Assembly (NCBI RefSeq): GCF_006345805.1
Contig: NC_043002.1
Span: 33,418,001-33,482,000, forward strand
Direction of reading: 5' to 3'
DNA: 64,000 nucleotides
Source: Octopus sinensis
Taxonomy: Eukaryota
The position numbers and the translations under genes were made by a program. Positions 12,359 to 25,733 of this stretch are shown here, piece by piece. The notes under the pieces were generated by a model. The model ran no database searches. It saw only the letters and a program-made list of their open reading frames with translations, and was not told the DNA's origin. Every line of letters begins with the position of its first letter. Positions within the stretch are counted from its first letter, which is position 1.

Positions 12359-12401
<43 letters not shown>

Positions 12402-13024
12402 CCTACACACAAATATATATATACATTGTATTTCGGAACACGAATTGATGAACTTATATATACACATATATATATATACGTATTTGTATGCGTATTTATG
12501 TATATCTATACACTTCCTCATAGATATATATATATGTATATATACATATGCACACACACACATATGTACGTAATATGTATATAATATATGTGTATGTATG
12601 TATGTATATGAATGTATATATATATATGTATATTCACATGGGCATAATATATTTGTGTGTGCAATATGTATACAAACACACATATGCACACGCACATATA
12701 CATTTTTAGCTAAATACAATCAATAAGTGGATAAGGACACTGTATGCGGTATATTTTGAATAATTATATGAAATGGTGCATGTGTGTGTGTATGTAAATG
12801 CCAGCATAAGAGTATGAGGGTTTGTGGGAAAGTATATGTGTATGCATATATGCGTATGTTTTTTTCTTTTGAGCCTCATTTAATATCTAATTTCACAGCA
12901 TTCAACAGTATGTAAGACACATGTTGGTTAATCTATCATGCCAGCTTAAAACGTAAAACGTAAGAAACTTGTCTGTCACTTCGGATAATTGCGTGCTTAT
13001 ATGCATGCGTTATATTTATTAATC

Positions 13025-13059
<35 letters not shown>

Positions 13060-13234
13060 ATCTATCTTTCTGTGCATATATTTACGTATGTATGTATATG
13101 CATGTGTGTGTGTGTGTGTGCGTGTGTAGTGGGCATGTGTGGGTTTATGAGTGTTTAGATTGATTTATATTATCAAGATATAGAAAATAAAAATGCCAGA
13201 TAGACATTTAACTTATTGTGTATATATGTGTGTA

Positions 13235-13340
<106 letters not shown>

Positions 13341-13382
13341 TGTGTGTGTATATGTATGTAAGTATGTATGTATATATATCAT

Positions 13383-13434
<52 letters not shown>

Positions 13435-13751
13435 GTGTGAGAGTGTGCCAGGAGTTGTGAAGCTATGTGAGCGTATGTGTGTGTGAGTGTATGAATATGC
13501 GTGTGTGTGAGTGTATGTATGTACGTGTTTATGATGTATGCATTTAACCATATAGGTATGTATGTTTACACAAACATACGCATTCGGTGACACTTGCGTA
13601 TTTCCTTTAAATTTTCAATCGAATACTCAACCCAACTAACCTATTTTTACATACCTACGCATACTTACGAATATGCACTAACGCACACACATACACACAT
13701 ATGTATGTACGTGTATATTTTATATATGTGTGTGTGCATGCACACGTACTT

Positions 13752-13803
<52 letters not shown>

Positions 13804-14080
13804 GTGTGAGTGTGTGGTGTATGTATTAATCAGACTAACTGTTGAATGATACTTTGTATGCAAAGAATCATAAAATTAAGGCATCTACGTATACCCGTGT
13901 ATATTTGTATCTATGTAATGCATAGATATGCGCTTGCATGCATCTCTCTCTCTCTCTCTCTCTCTCCTTCTCTCTTTATATGCAACTTGATTTGTCATTT
14001 GTTTATATAGAAATAATAAAATTGGACTGAATTTATCATTTACTGATTCAATTATTTAATTTAATATTTTGTTTCCATTC

Positions 14081-14168
<88 letters not shown>

Positions 14169-14355
14169 TTGGAATTCACAAAAAACAAAGACCAAAAGAC
14201 GAAGAAAGGTGTATAAACAACAAACAGGTGTATTAGTTTAACGCTCGGGAAGGTGGGAAAGTCTTTTACGTTTCGAGCCTTCGCTCTTCAACAGAAAGGA
14301 ACACGAGAAAATAAACAGAGAGAGAATAAAGAAAGCTTTAGTAGCTAGCGATCGA
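14169..14355 (-). mobile_element. Penelope-like terminal fragment (family H1) ending in (TA)n
   Basis: Homologous to 23170-23354, 38205-38353 and 44788-44870. Contains an HHR motif. Confidence 0.6.
14263..14298 (-). ncRNA. minimal type I hammerhead ribozyme motif (A6U variant)
   Basis: Minus strand: CTTT-CTGTTGA-A-GAGC/GAAG/GCTC-GAAA-CG-TA^-AAAG. Stem I is CTTT/AAAG, stem II is 4 bp, and helix III is the palindrome ACGT. Confidence 0.6.
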
Positions 14356-14543
14356 GTATGTACGTACGTACGTACGTATGTATGTATGTATGTATGTATG
14401 TATGTATGTATGTATGTATGTATGTATGTATGTATGTATGTATGTATGTATGTATGTATGTATGCATGTATGTATACGAGTTTGTATTTGTGCGATTCAT
14501 TTGAATGTATTTATAAATCTATATATGTTTATGGAAATGTTTC

Positions 14544-14605
14544 TCTAGCGACTAGAATTCCTGACTTTCACCAAGGCGGCTCGGGATCAATTTCTGGCAT
14601 GGGAA
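14544..14605 (+). pseudogene. degenerate tRNA-Glu(TTC)-derived sequence (pseudogene or SINE head)
   Basis: TCTAGCGACTAGAATTCCTGACTTTCACCAAGGCGGCTCGGGATCAATTTCTGGCATGGGAA aligns to eukaryotic tRNA-Glu-TTC from the D arm to the acceptor 3' strand. The 5' acceptor strand is missing and the T loop is mutated. Confidence 0.7.
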
Positions 14606-15263
14606 CGCATTATTTTACCACCCTTATGAAATCAACCGCGATAGGACAGTGGAAAAGGTACAATGTCACGGTGGTGCTCTAGCATGACCACAGCCGCATG
14701 GGTGAAACGCATAAATGAAATAAAAGAAATGAAAATATGTGCCAGTTTACATTAAGCTGTTTCCATGTTTACATGCATATTCATATGTGTGTGTCTATGT
14801 ATTCATGTTTACATATACATACATACATACATACATACATGCACATATAAATATATACATATATATATATATACACACACATATATACATACACACACAC
14901 ACATATATATATGCATGTATGTATACTTGATTCGTCACTTTAGTGACGACTTTACCTAGCTTTCTGTTGTAAATTGCGAATGCCCACCTTAATAATTTAT
15001 ATGTGTATGTGTGTATGTATATGAGTACGTATGTATTTATGTATGTATGTATGTATGCCAGAGAAAGCACATAAATGTAAAACAAGGTAGAACAAAAATA
15101 GTACTCGAATACCGGAGGTAAGAGAAGACACCACAAAAACTATGACTCCTGACGAGCGAGAACGTGAAACTCTGAGTAACAGTTTTTGTGATATACTTGC
15201 AGCTTTATTAATAAAAAGTGTGTGTGTGCGTGCGTGTGTGTGTGTGTGTGTGCGTGCGTGTGT

Positions 15264-15309
<46 letters not shown>

Positions 15310-15466
15310 TGTATACTTGATTATATGAATGACTGTATGTATCTATGCATTCATCTTAGACCTGTTGGTGTGTTGTGTGTTTATGTAGTAACAAGAGTTT
15401 CGGAATTTAGTATTGCGGTAGCGCATGTGTATATTTATTTCTGTTAATGCCAGTGTATATATATAA

Positions 15467-15695
15467 GGTGGCGAGCTGGTAGAAACGTTAGCACGCCGGG
15501 CGAAATTCGTAGCCGTATTTCGTCTGTCGTTACGTTCCGAGTTCAAATTCCGCCGAGGTCGACTTTGCCTTTCATCCTTTCGGGGTCGATAAATTAAGTA
15601 CCAGTTACGCACTGGGGTCGATGTAGTCGACTTAATCCCTTTGTCTGTCCTTGTTTGTCCCCTCTGTGTTTAGCCCCTTGTGGGTAGTAAAGAAA
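15467..15695 (+). mobile_element. tRNA-derived SINE family 2 with Nin-like central domain
   Basis: GAGTTCAAATTCC B-box followed by GCCTTTCATCCTTTCGGGGTCGATAAA..AGTACCAG. Copies at 24815, 26682, 35079, 49790 and 31655. Confidence 0.8.
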
Positions 15696-15789
15696 TATAT
15701 ATAATAGTACGTTATGCGGATGTATACGCACTTTAGTATCTATGATCTATAATGACATGGTGTGTAGATATCACACTCTAATTGTATCA

Positions 15790-16143
15790 GTATTGTTATT
15801 GTTGTTTGTGTCGTTGTAGCTACAATTGCGTTGATGGTTATGGTTGTTGTTGCTGTTGTTGTTGTTGTTGCTGCTGCTGCTGCTACTGCCACTGAAGAGG
15901 CTGTCATCGTTTGTGATGTTATTGTCGTTGTTGTTGTTGTTGTTGTGGATGAATTTATGACTGTTATTAGGGATGTCGTTGTGATGTTTGTTGTTGCTGC
16001 CATCGCTATCGTCGCCACCGTCGTCGTCGTTGGTTGCTGTTGTTGTTGTTGTTGCTGTTGCTGATGTCGATGATGTTTGGTGTTGGTGTTGTTGCTGCTG
16101 CTGCTGTTGATGATGATGATGATGATGATGACGATGATGATGT

Positions 16144-16193
<50 letters not shown>

Positions 16194-16260
16194 ATGATGA
16201 TGATGACGATGATGATGTTGGTGGTGATGGTGGTGGTGATGGTGGTGGTGGTGGTGGTGG

Positions 16261-16295
<35 letters not shown>

Positions 16296-16305
16296 TTGAT
16301 GATGT

Positions 16306-16342
<37 letters not shown>

Positions 16343-17297
16343 GGTGGTGATGATGATGATGATGATGGTGGTGATAGTGGTGGTGGTGGTGGTGATGATG
16401 TTGCTGCTATTTATTGAAGTGGTGACGGTGTGTGGCGATGGTGATGGTGGTGTTTATACTGCAAGTCAGATATATATGACCGCGAAGACCCAAGACCAAA
16501 ATTTCTTCCAGCCGTGACCATCCTGTCCTTCCCAACAAGCAACTAATAAAACTTCAGGACTACACTGTGAGTAGTGGGGGGGTGTTGTTGCAGATGGTGG
16601 CGATAGAGGTGATGGTGATGGTGACAGGGGGTGGGTAGCGTGTTGTTAATGTTGTTGTTAGTGGTGGTGGCAGTGGTGGTGGTTGTGGTGGTGGTGGCGG
16701 TGGTGGTTGTGGTGGTGGTGGCGGTGGTTGTGGTGGTGGTGGTGGCGGTGGTGGTGGTGGTGGTTGTGGTGGTGGTGGCGGTGGTGGTGGTGGTAGTGGT
16801 GGTGGTGGTGGTGTTGGTGGTGGTTGTGGTGGTGGTGGTGGCGGTGGTGGTGGTGGTGGTTGTCCTCATCGAAGTCGTCGTCCTCATAGTTTATTGTTAA
16901 TGTAAAAGGCTTTTTGTTTTTGTTGTTTTTGTTGCTACTGCTGCTGCCACTGCTGCTGTTTTTTTTTTTTTTTTGCCGGTTAGTTCCTTATCAGCCGCGA
17001 TTTCGGACATCTAAAAACATTCCAAAGCTCTATTGTCGTAATGGGTCCTTCTTGACTTCAAAAAGAAACAGAATACGATTTGAGGGTGCCATGGCTGCCA
17101 TCTCTAACAGGCCGAGGAAGCCACTTAGAGGCTTCCCACTTCGTTGTTATTGTCACCATTAGTCTCGTTGTTGTTGTTGTTGATTTGGTGGTTGTGGTGG
17201 TGGTGGTGGTGGTGGTGGTGGTGATGGGGGGGGTGATTTTGGTGGTGGTGATGTTGGTGGTAGTGGTGGTGGTTTTGGTGTGGTGGTGTTGTTGTTG

Positions 17298-17329
<32 letters not shown>

Positions 17330-17410
17330 GGTGGTGGTGGTGGTGGTAGTGGTGGTAGTGGTGGTGGTGGTGGTGGTGGTGGTGGTGGTTTTGTTTGTGT
17401 GGTGGTGTGA
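15790..17410. repeat. long compound GTT/GAT/GGT microsatellite region
   Basis: Directly visible. Confidence 0.9.
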
Positions 17411-17825
17411 CTGGTGCTTGTGCAGACGCTTACGATGCTTATATTGATGGTGGCCGGTATTGGTTGGTAGGAAGATTATGATGTATGTTTATACTGCAGT
17501 GTGATGTGCCGTGTGTATTAGAGTTAGTCGCAGTATCTAACAATGTTCTATAGAACAGACATATAGTGGTAGAGAGAGAGAGGGCTGTAGCCGTAGTGCA
17601 GTGTCTGTGTATAGAATAATGGTTAGGGGAAGTGGTGTTGCTCTATACAGCAGTTAGTGCAAGTGGTGTTGGCAGGGTACATTAAACAGAGCAAACATCT
17701 GTAGGGGTATATTATAGATTGGCAGGGTTGAAATTTGACCAGAAGAAATATTGATAATTGAATTGTGAAATTGTCTAATAGGCTATGTATCTGATCTTCC
17801 ATTGCTTTCTCACTCACTCCTCTTG

Positions 17826-17873
<48 letters not shown>

Positions 17874-17918
17874 TATATATATATACCACACACACCAATA
17901 TATATATATATATATATA

Positions 17919-18288
17919 ACTCTTTTACTCTTTTAACTTGTTTCAGTCATTTGACTGCGGCCATGCTGGAGCACCACCTTTTAGTACTTATTCTATCGGT
18001 TCTTTTTTGCCGAACCGCTAAGTGACGGGGACGTAAACACACCAGCATCGGTTGTCAAGCAATACTAGGGGAACAAACACAGACACACAAACACACACAC
18101 ATATACATATATATATACATATATACGACAGGCTTCTTTCAGTTTCCGTCTACCAAATCCACTCACAAGGCATTGGTCGGCGCGGGGCTATAGCAGAAGA
18201 CACTTGCCCAAGATGCCACGCAGTGGGACTGAACCCGCAACCGTGTGGTTGGTTAGCAAGCTACTTACCACACAGCCACTCCTGCGCC
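17919..18288 (-). mobile_element. SINE family 1, near full length
   Basis: Homologous to 3065-3443 with a small internal deletion. The tail ends in AAAAGAGT repeats. Confidence 0.9.
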
Positions 18289-18511
18289 TATATATATATA
18301 TATATATATGCCTTTGATTTCATTATTTTTCTTCTTTTTTGCCATGTGTAAGTTACAAATATTGTTGTGTGGAGACATATATTTTGTAGAAAAAGGAAAT
18401 AGGAGTCTTGGCTGCTATTTCTAAAAATTTTCGGTATGTTGGTCAAGCAACTTGTTGCTACTAAAACCCTTATTGTTATAATTATATATATACATATATA
18501 TATATGTGTGT

Positions 18512-18554
<43 letters not shown>

Positions 18555-18594
18555 TAGATATATGTATATATATATGTATATATATGTATGTATG

Positions 18595-18636
<42 letters not shown>

Positions 18637-19516
18637 GATATATATATATATATATATATAAATACATACACACATACACACATACGCACACACACACACA
18701 CATACCACACACACAGACACAGACACACAACACACACCACACACACACCACACACACACACACACAACACACATATATATAATATATATATATATTATTA
18801 ATATATATATATATGTGTGTGTGTGTGTGTATTCATAACATAAAAGACACCACCGCTCCAATGGTTCAAACTTAAATTCTGAAGTCTTTGCAGGGGATCA
18901 ACTCTGCGGGATAACGAATGACTCTAAGGGGGATCAAGTTGAGCTGACATGGAGGCAATTATACGGATAAACAAATTAGATATATTAAATATAACAGCTT
19001 AAAATACAAAATATGTATGTATATATACATGCAAAACGAGAGAAAGCAAAGAGTGGAGACCTTCAGGCGATGAATATTTAAGTATACATAAATAAATATA
19101 TATACGTACATGTATGTATGTATGTATGTATGTATGTATGTATGTATGTATGTATGTATGTATGTATGTGTGTGTATGTAGATCTATCTATCGATTTGTT
19201 CGAATAAAAAACTTTATATACGCTACCCCAGCATACTCAAATGCGCACGCGTGCACAAACATACGCACAGACATGCACACATACACACACACACACACAT
19301 ATGTACTTCAAGTTTTTTCTCGTAAGCGTAAAAACTGAATAATTACTTTAAAAATAATTGTAAAATCAGATATTTTTAATAATCTATTGACAGTGACTTC
19401 AGAGTTTTCATAGTGCCTGTATTTCTCACATACAGTAAATACCATAATAATACAGTGTTCATCACATTTTTTTCTCTACATCTGTCTACATGATTGGATA
19501 TCTATCCATGTGTTAT

Positions 19517-19603
<87 letters not shown>

Positions 19604-19663
19604 GTCTGTCTGTCTCTCTCTCTCTCACTCTCTCTCTCTCTCACTCTCTCTCTCTCTCACTCA

Positions 19664-19713
<50 letters not shown>

Positions 19714-20035
19714 CAAGAGGTGCAAATGAGGGTAGATACATCAAACTCCATTCTTCACAAAGTGACACATATTACAGGAGGCTCTTAGTAATAACAGTGT
19801 AGCACAAAACGGCGGTGCACCAGCATGGCCGCAGCTCTGAGCTGAATCTAGAAAGGAAATATAGCAGTAGGAAAATGGACGGGATCAATAGGTGGTTCAT
19901 CAACTTTTAGACATTGTATTATGTTAACTTATTTATCTATCAACTAAACTGATAATTACAATAATATACATACATGTATAACATATTATGCATTACATAT
20001 AAGATATAAAATATAGTAATATATCAGGACACCAT

Positions 20036-20078
<43 letters not shown>

Positions 20079-20653
20079 GTGTGGTGTGTGTGTGTGTGTG
20101 TTGTGTGTGTGTGTGTGTGAGTGTGTGTGTGTGTGTGTGTCACACTCTGACTTTCTGTACCCCGCTCTCTCTCTATGCATATATATTATATATATATAAT
20201 ACACGTATATGCATATGCATGTATATGATGTTGCGCCTTGGTACAATGGCCGCAATTGTTTTGACCTTTCGTGATGAGAGGCATGTATCAATAGAAGTAT
20301 TAGTCCTATTGACTTCCATCCACACAACCTGTATACATACTTCCAACAATCAGATAAACTTAGACATTCTGAAATATCATATTCTGTATAGAAATACGTC
20401 GAGACATTGCCAGCAGATTTGAACACAAGCCCTGCGAATAGGTGGTGTCATACGTGTGCCACATGGCTATCTGGCATTAACAGACCTATATATATGTGTG
20501 TGTGTGTGTGTGTGTATGTGTGTGTATATGTGTATGTGTATCACATATGTATGCGTATATACACACACATATGTAATTCACATACACATATACACATACA
20601 TACAAACACACACACATATATATATGTACTTACATATACCTACATTATATATT

Positions 20654-20696
<43 letters not shown>

Positions 20697-20788
20697 ATAT
20701 ATAAATACATACATACATTATACATTTATACGTATAGATATATGTGCATTCATATAATATATATATGTACGTACATATATGTATGCGA

Positions 20789-20825
<37 letters not shown>

Positions 20826-21254
20826 TATATATATATGTGCGCATATACATATATACATTTGTGTGCAGATATATATATATGTATATACATATATATATGT
20901 ATATAATATATATTATATATATATATATACATTCATACATGCACACACGAACGCACATACATCCATTCACATATCTCCCTCTCACTCTCTCTCTCTCTTC
21001 ACACAAACACACACACGTACACATGCATATATATGAAGGCTCGAGTGTGTGTGTGTTTGTGTCTGTGTATACGTAATAGTATATATTTGTATCTATCTAT
21101 CAAAACCTATCTGTACAAACAAGCTAGTACTTATACAATACACAGAGATAGGTGTGTGTATATATGTAGATATTTCTATTGTATTATGTATAAGTATGTT
21201 ATGCATTATGTATAAACATATACATATATATATATCATATATAATATTATATAT

Positions 21255-21286
<32 letters not shown>

Positions 21287-21409
21287 GCATATATACACAT
21301 ACATATATATAAATATGAATGTATAGGTGTGTGTGCGTTAAGAGAGAGCTAAATGCATTATGTACAGTATATAGATACGTGCGTTCGCTCTTATGTGTGT
21401 GATTGTGAA

Positions 21410-21440
<31 letters not shown>

Positions 21441-22050
21441 CAGAGATAGAAAATATATGTCTGCGCGCACGCACGCACGTGTTTGTGTGTATGTGTGTGG
21501 TGTTTATTTTTGTTGCTGAAAATACTCCTGAAGCTACGGTGAAGGAGCTCGAATTTCATCTAAGACTTTTTCAAAGACATCTTGAAAAAAGCTACACACA
21601 TGTTTTATATATAAACATATGTATGTATATATATATATTACACATGCTGACATATTTATATAATTATTTGTAATGATGTATGCGTTTGCAGAGATCGGTG
21701 TTTGTGCGTATGTATGTACGTGTGTGAGTGTGTATGTTTGCGCGCGCACATATGCTTTGTGAAGTTAACTATTTTTGTCATATAATACTTAGTAAGGGCT
21801 ATTTTTATCACTGGCATGTCAACCCCCTACAGGAATCCGTTAAAGTATGCAGAAGACATATCATATTTAGCAACTGATATATACCTTCATGGTTATATGG
21901 TTAAGAACGTCTTCGACAGCAATTTATTTTCGGGTTCGATCCTCCTTGGTGATGCTAAGTAAAAGTCTCTTCTGTTATAGTCAGACATTAATTAGTTCCT
22001 TCTAAAGGATCAACACGGTGGGATAGTGACTGTATGCTATATATATTGTT

Positions 22051-22091
<41 letters not shown>

Positions 22092-22132
22092 TATAATTTA
22101 GGGTATCTAAGAGATACCTCCAAGGTGAAATA

Positions 22133-22204
22133 GCAGCCAAAAATTTACTCTAAAACCACATTAAATGTTCATTTAATGTGGTTTTAGAGTCAGGTTTTGG
22201 CTGC
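22133..22204. repeat. 72-bp inverted repeat / hairpin
   Basis: Perfect 21-bp arms (22147-22167 / 22170-22190) plus outer 10-bp arms GCAGCCAAAA/TTTTGGCTGC. Confidence 0.9.
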
Positions 22205-23169
22205 CTTACGTTTACAAATTTTCCAGATAGGGCTCACAATACATGTTTACCTTTTGTAGTGAGCAATACTACAAGTTTGCCGTAAGTTGCCCATGATTAT
22301 ACTATCGATAAATCTTTTAAGTAACTGGTCACGTGATGATTTATATTAACAGAAGCATGGTATAATTATTTGGCGTGGTAACTGTTAATATGGAAATACT
22401 TAACTGAGACTCATATCTCAATGTTAGATTTTCGATTGTATGATACGTCACTTAACATCTTAGATGATTGTTGAGTCACGTATTTAAATGTGAAATGATA
22501 ACACATTTGGGTTTCATTAAAGGTCACAACTTAGGACTGGTTTCCTAGTGTGAGGAGGATAACAGTCAGAGCTCATCCCGATGGTCACCTAGTTGCGGTC
22601 ATTGTTGTTATGGGCGTTCTCGCTCATAATTATCCCATCCTCAGCTATGAGCAAAAAGCTTTCCGGCAATCACCTTCGTGTTTCAGGCATTAAGTATCCA
22701 AGACCTCATTATTTAGCGTGTATTATTTTTAGACAGTAGTGTATGGTACAAGGGATATTTGGCTGCTATCTCTATCAGTTCTAAAAGATCTAAAGGCAAT
22801 GTAGAGGACTACTTACACTACACTACAGCGATAAAACTGTTGATACCTACTATCCCCTGTTCAATTACAGATATAAATTACATAAGATAAATCTAAAAGA
22901 ACCAAGGTGGCAGAGGCCACCTGAATATTTTATGCCCTCGTCTTACAATAATTAATTTTTTATTAATCATCCCTAAACGATCTATTATTAAGGGTCTTAC
23001 ATCATAATTGTCAGGTGGAATATTAAAGAATGGCTTAATGAAATAACTGCATAAAACAACTCTTCTCTAAACGGAAGCTGCCCCAACACGCTTGTCTATC
23101 CTTAACTAAAGGGTTTTATGAATCATGACCTTTATACATCTACACACATATGTATGTGTCGTTAGCTCC

Positions 23170-23354
23170 TACACGCATTTTTTCTCTCCTTGTTTCTCTC
23201 CTTGTTTTTTTCTGTGTATCTTTCTGTCGAAGAGCGTAGGCTCGAAACGTAAAAGACTTTTTCTATTTCTATTCCTGAGCGCTATACTAATACATTTGTT
23301 TGTTTGTACTCCACCTGCTTTCGTCTTTTGTTTATTTTCGTAAACTTTCCCTTT
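23170..23354 (+). mobile_element. Penelope-like terminal fragment (family H1) ending in (TA)n
   Basis: Homologous to 14169-14355 (inverted) and 38205-38353. Confidence 0.6.
23219..23256 (+). ncRNA. minimal type I hammerhead ribozyme motif (A6U variant)
   Basis: TCTTT-CTGTCGA-A-GAGC/GTAG/GCTC-GAAA-CG-TA^-AAAGA with a 5-bp stem I. Predicted cleavage is after 23251. Confidence 0.65.
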
Positions 23355-23384
23355 ATATATATGTATATTTATACATATATGTTT

Positions 23385-23686
23385 TGGTTTGTTCCTTCTC
23401 GGGCCATGCCTGGCTCATAAGGGCCGGTTTCCTGGTTTCATTGGCGTATAGGTTCTCCACCTGAACGGGACGCCGGTCCGTCGCAGGTGAGCTGCTAGAT
23501 GCAGGACGAGAGAGTGAGAGAAAGTTGTGGCGAAAGAGTCAGCAGAAGTTCGCCATTACGTTCTGCCAGAGCCGCATGGAGCTTAGGTTTTTTGCTCATA
23601 AACACACACATCGCCCGGTCAGAGATTCGAACCCGCAATCCCTCGACCGTGAGTCTGCTGCTCTAACCACTAGGCCATGTGCCTCC
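23385..23686 (-). mobile_element. tRNA-derived SINE family 3 with V-domain-like core
   Basis: Head TGGCCTAGTGGTTAGAGCAGC...GGTTCGAATC and body CCTGCGACGGACCGGCGTCCCGTTCAGG, resembling the V-SINE core. Confidence 0.75.
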
Positions 23687-24814
23687 ACAAACACACACAC
23701 ACATACACACACACACACGAGTGAGTGGACAAACGAAAGAATGTAGCACTCAATATGTTTGAGAGGAGTTGTATTAATCAATAACAGTCTGACACAGCTC
23801 CATGTTACTTAAAGTTTCGTCGGCTCGTAGAACGAAAACCTAATTCCTCAGGTATATATATATATATAAAATACAAAATGGGACAAGAACGCAAAACATC
23901 CGGACAACTAAGTGATACAAAAAGGGACAACAAAACATCCAGATAGACGATACACAAAAAAACAAGGACGGGTCATTCGAAGCCTTTTATCTTCAGTCAA
24001 GAACCGTATCATCCTCGCAATTTCGGCTGATTAATCTTGAGATTGCTCCAATCTGGCCAGTCCCAAAAAAAACTAAGCTAAGAGCATTAGATTCCTTGGA
24101 AAAGCATCGAATGTATACGAAAACAAGGATGGAAAAACAGATGGTGTTACACGAATATAAATACAAAAATACAATAAAAATAACAATAATAATAATATAT
24201 ATATATTCATACATATACATACATGCACTTATATACACATCCATATTTAACAAGTTCAATGGCGTTAAAATTACCAGGAAGTGGAGTCTGTATTGGATTT
24301 GAAACAGTTAAAAGTAACACTTTGCATATTGTTTTTTTTTATGAACTAATACGGTATAGTTGCGAAATAACTGTTGAACGTAAAAAAAAACAGAGAAACC
24401 TTCCAAAAAATTCGTTCGCTCTATGAATATTTGATAAGGACAACATGCATAAACTTTGAGTGATAGACTTAACCTCTTGCCCTGTTTAACACCACATCCT
24501 ATCTTTTAGCTCCCGTTAGCAGAGAACTTCATTCAATTTTAAGTCTTCAGTTCGGGTCTCCTTTCTGGGGATTACTTCCGCTCTTCTTTCCACCAATCAT
24601 GGAGACCCTTATAAGAGCTATGGTCGTTGCCCTTCTTTTTCAGCTAAACCTTTAGAATAAACGCAATATATAATCAGTGGCTACCAATCTCGCTCTTATT
24701 AGATTAATATATTAGCGTCTTATATAGTATTACGATGTATATTACTGAAACAATTTACGATGTCATCTGTAGAATGGATTAACTTTGTTACAGTTGTTAT
24801 TATAATGGACCCGT

Positions 24815-25030
24815 GGAAATTCCAGAATCGTTAGCGCGTCGAACAAAAAGCTTAGCCGGCATTTCTTCCAGCTCTTTACGTTCTGAATTCAAATCCCGAC
24901 GAGGTCAGCTTTGCCTTTCATCTCTGCGGAGCTGATAAAATAAATACCTGTTAAACACTGAGATCGATGTAATTGACTTACCCATCCCCTAAAAACTGCT
25001 GGCTTCGTACCAAAATTTGAAACCATATTA
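24815..25030 (+). mobile_element. SINE family 2 (Nin-like), diverged; duplicated at 26682-26895
   Basis: Homology to 15467-15695. Confidence 0.75.
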
Positions 25031-25216
25031 CTATTTTTATGAATAAATTTATTGCCCATCATAACATTCTGTCATTATGTTAAAGATTATTGATTATGTT
25101 GTTTCGATGTCGTTCCATGATTAAGGTTATTTAAAGCGTAAAGCCAAAACACATTGTATGAAGCTAGGTTACAAAACAAATGAAATAATACAACACACAC
25201 TATTGACATGAGGTAT

Positions 25217-25448
25217 ACTCTTTACTCTCTCTCTCTCTCTCTCTCTTTTACTCTTTTACTTGTTTCAGTCATTTGACTGCGGCCATGCTGGAGCACCGCC
25301 TTTGTCAAGCAAATCGACCCCAGGACTTATTCTTTGTAAGCCTAGTACTTATTCTATCGGACCCTTTTGTCGAACCACTAACTTACGGGGACGTAAACAC
25401 ACCAACATCGGCTGTCAAGCGATGTTGGGAGGACAAACACAGACACAC

Positions 25449-25450
<2 letters not shown>
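25217..25450 (-). mobile_element. SINE family 1, 3' half (orphaned by the tandem duplication)
   Basis: Homology to 3065-3260. Confidence 0.85.
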
Positions 25451-25507
<57 letters not shown>

Positions 25508-25702
25508 ACACACATATATAAATATAATCAAAATAAGCAACAAGAATATTTCGGCAATTTGGTACGATCGTTTCACGCTACATCATTTTATTAAATATTG
25601 TGAGTATTACAACAGTTTTAAAAACACCATACAAAATTCTGGTGCATCTAACTTAAGTACCATATTCATTTGAATCTATCTATTATCTATCTATATATAT
25701 AT

Positions 25703-25733
<31 letters not shown>

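Noticed and set aside
14544-14605. Functional tRNA-Glu gene
   Set aside because: It lacks the 5' acceptor strand and has mutated T-loop/B-box and stems, so it is reported only as a derived remnant.
17745-17780. CAGAAGA...GAAATTGTC hammerhead-like spacing before (TA)n
   Set aside because: The core is mismatched and stems II and III pair poorly, so it is indistinguishable from chance.
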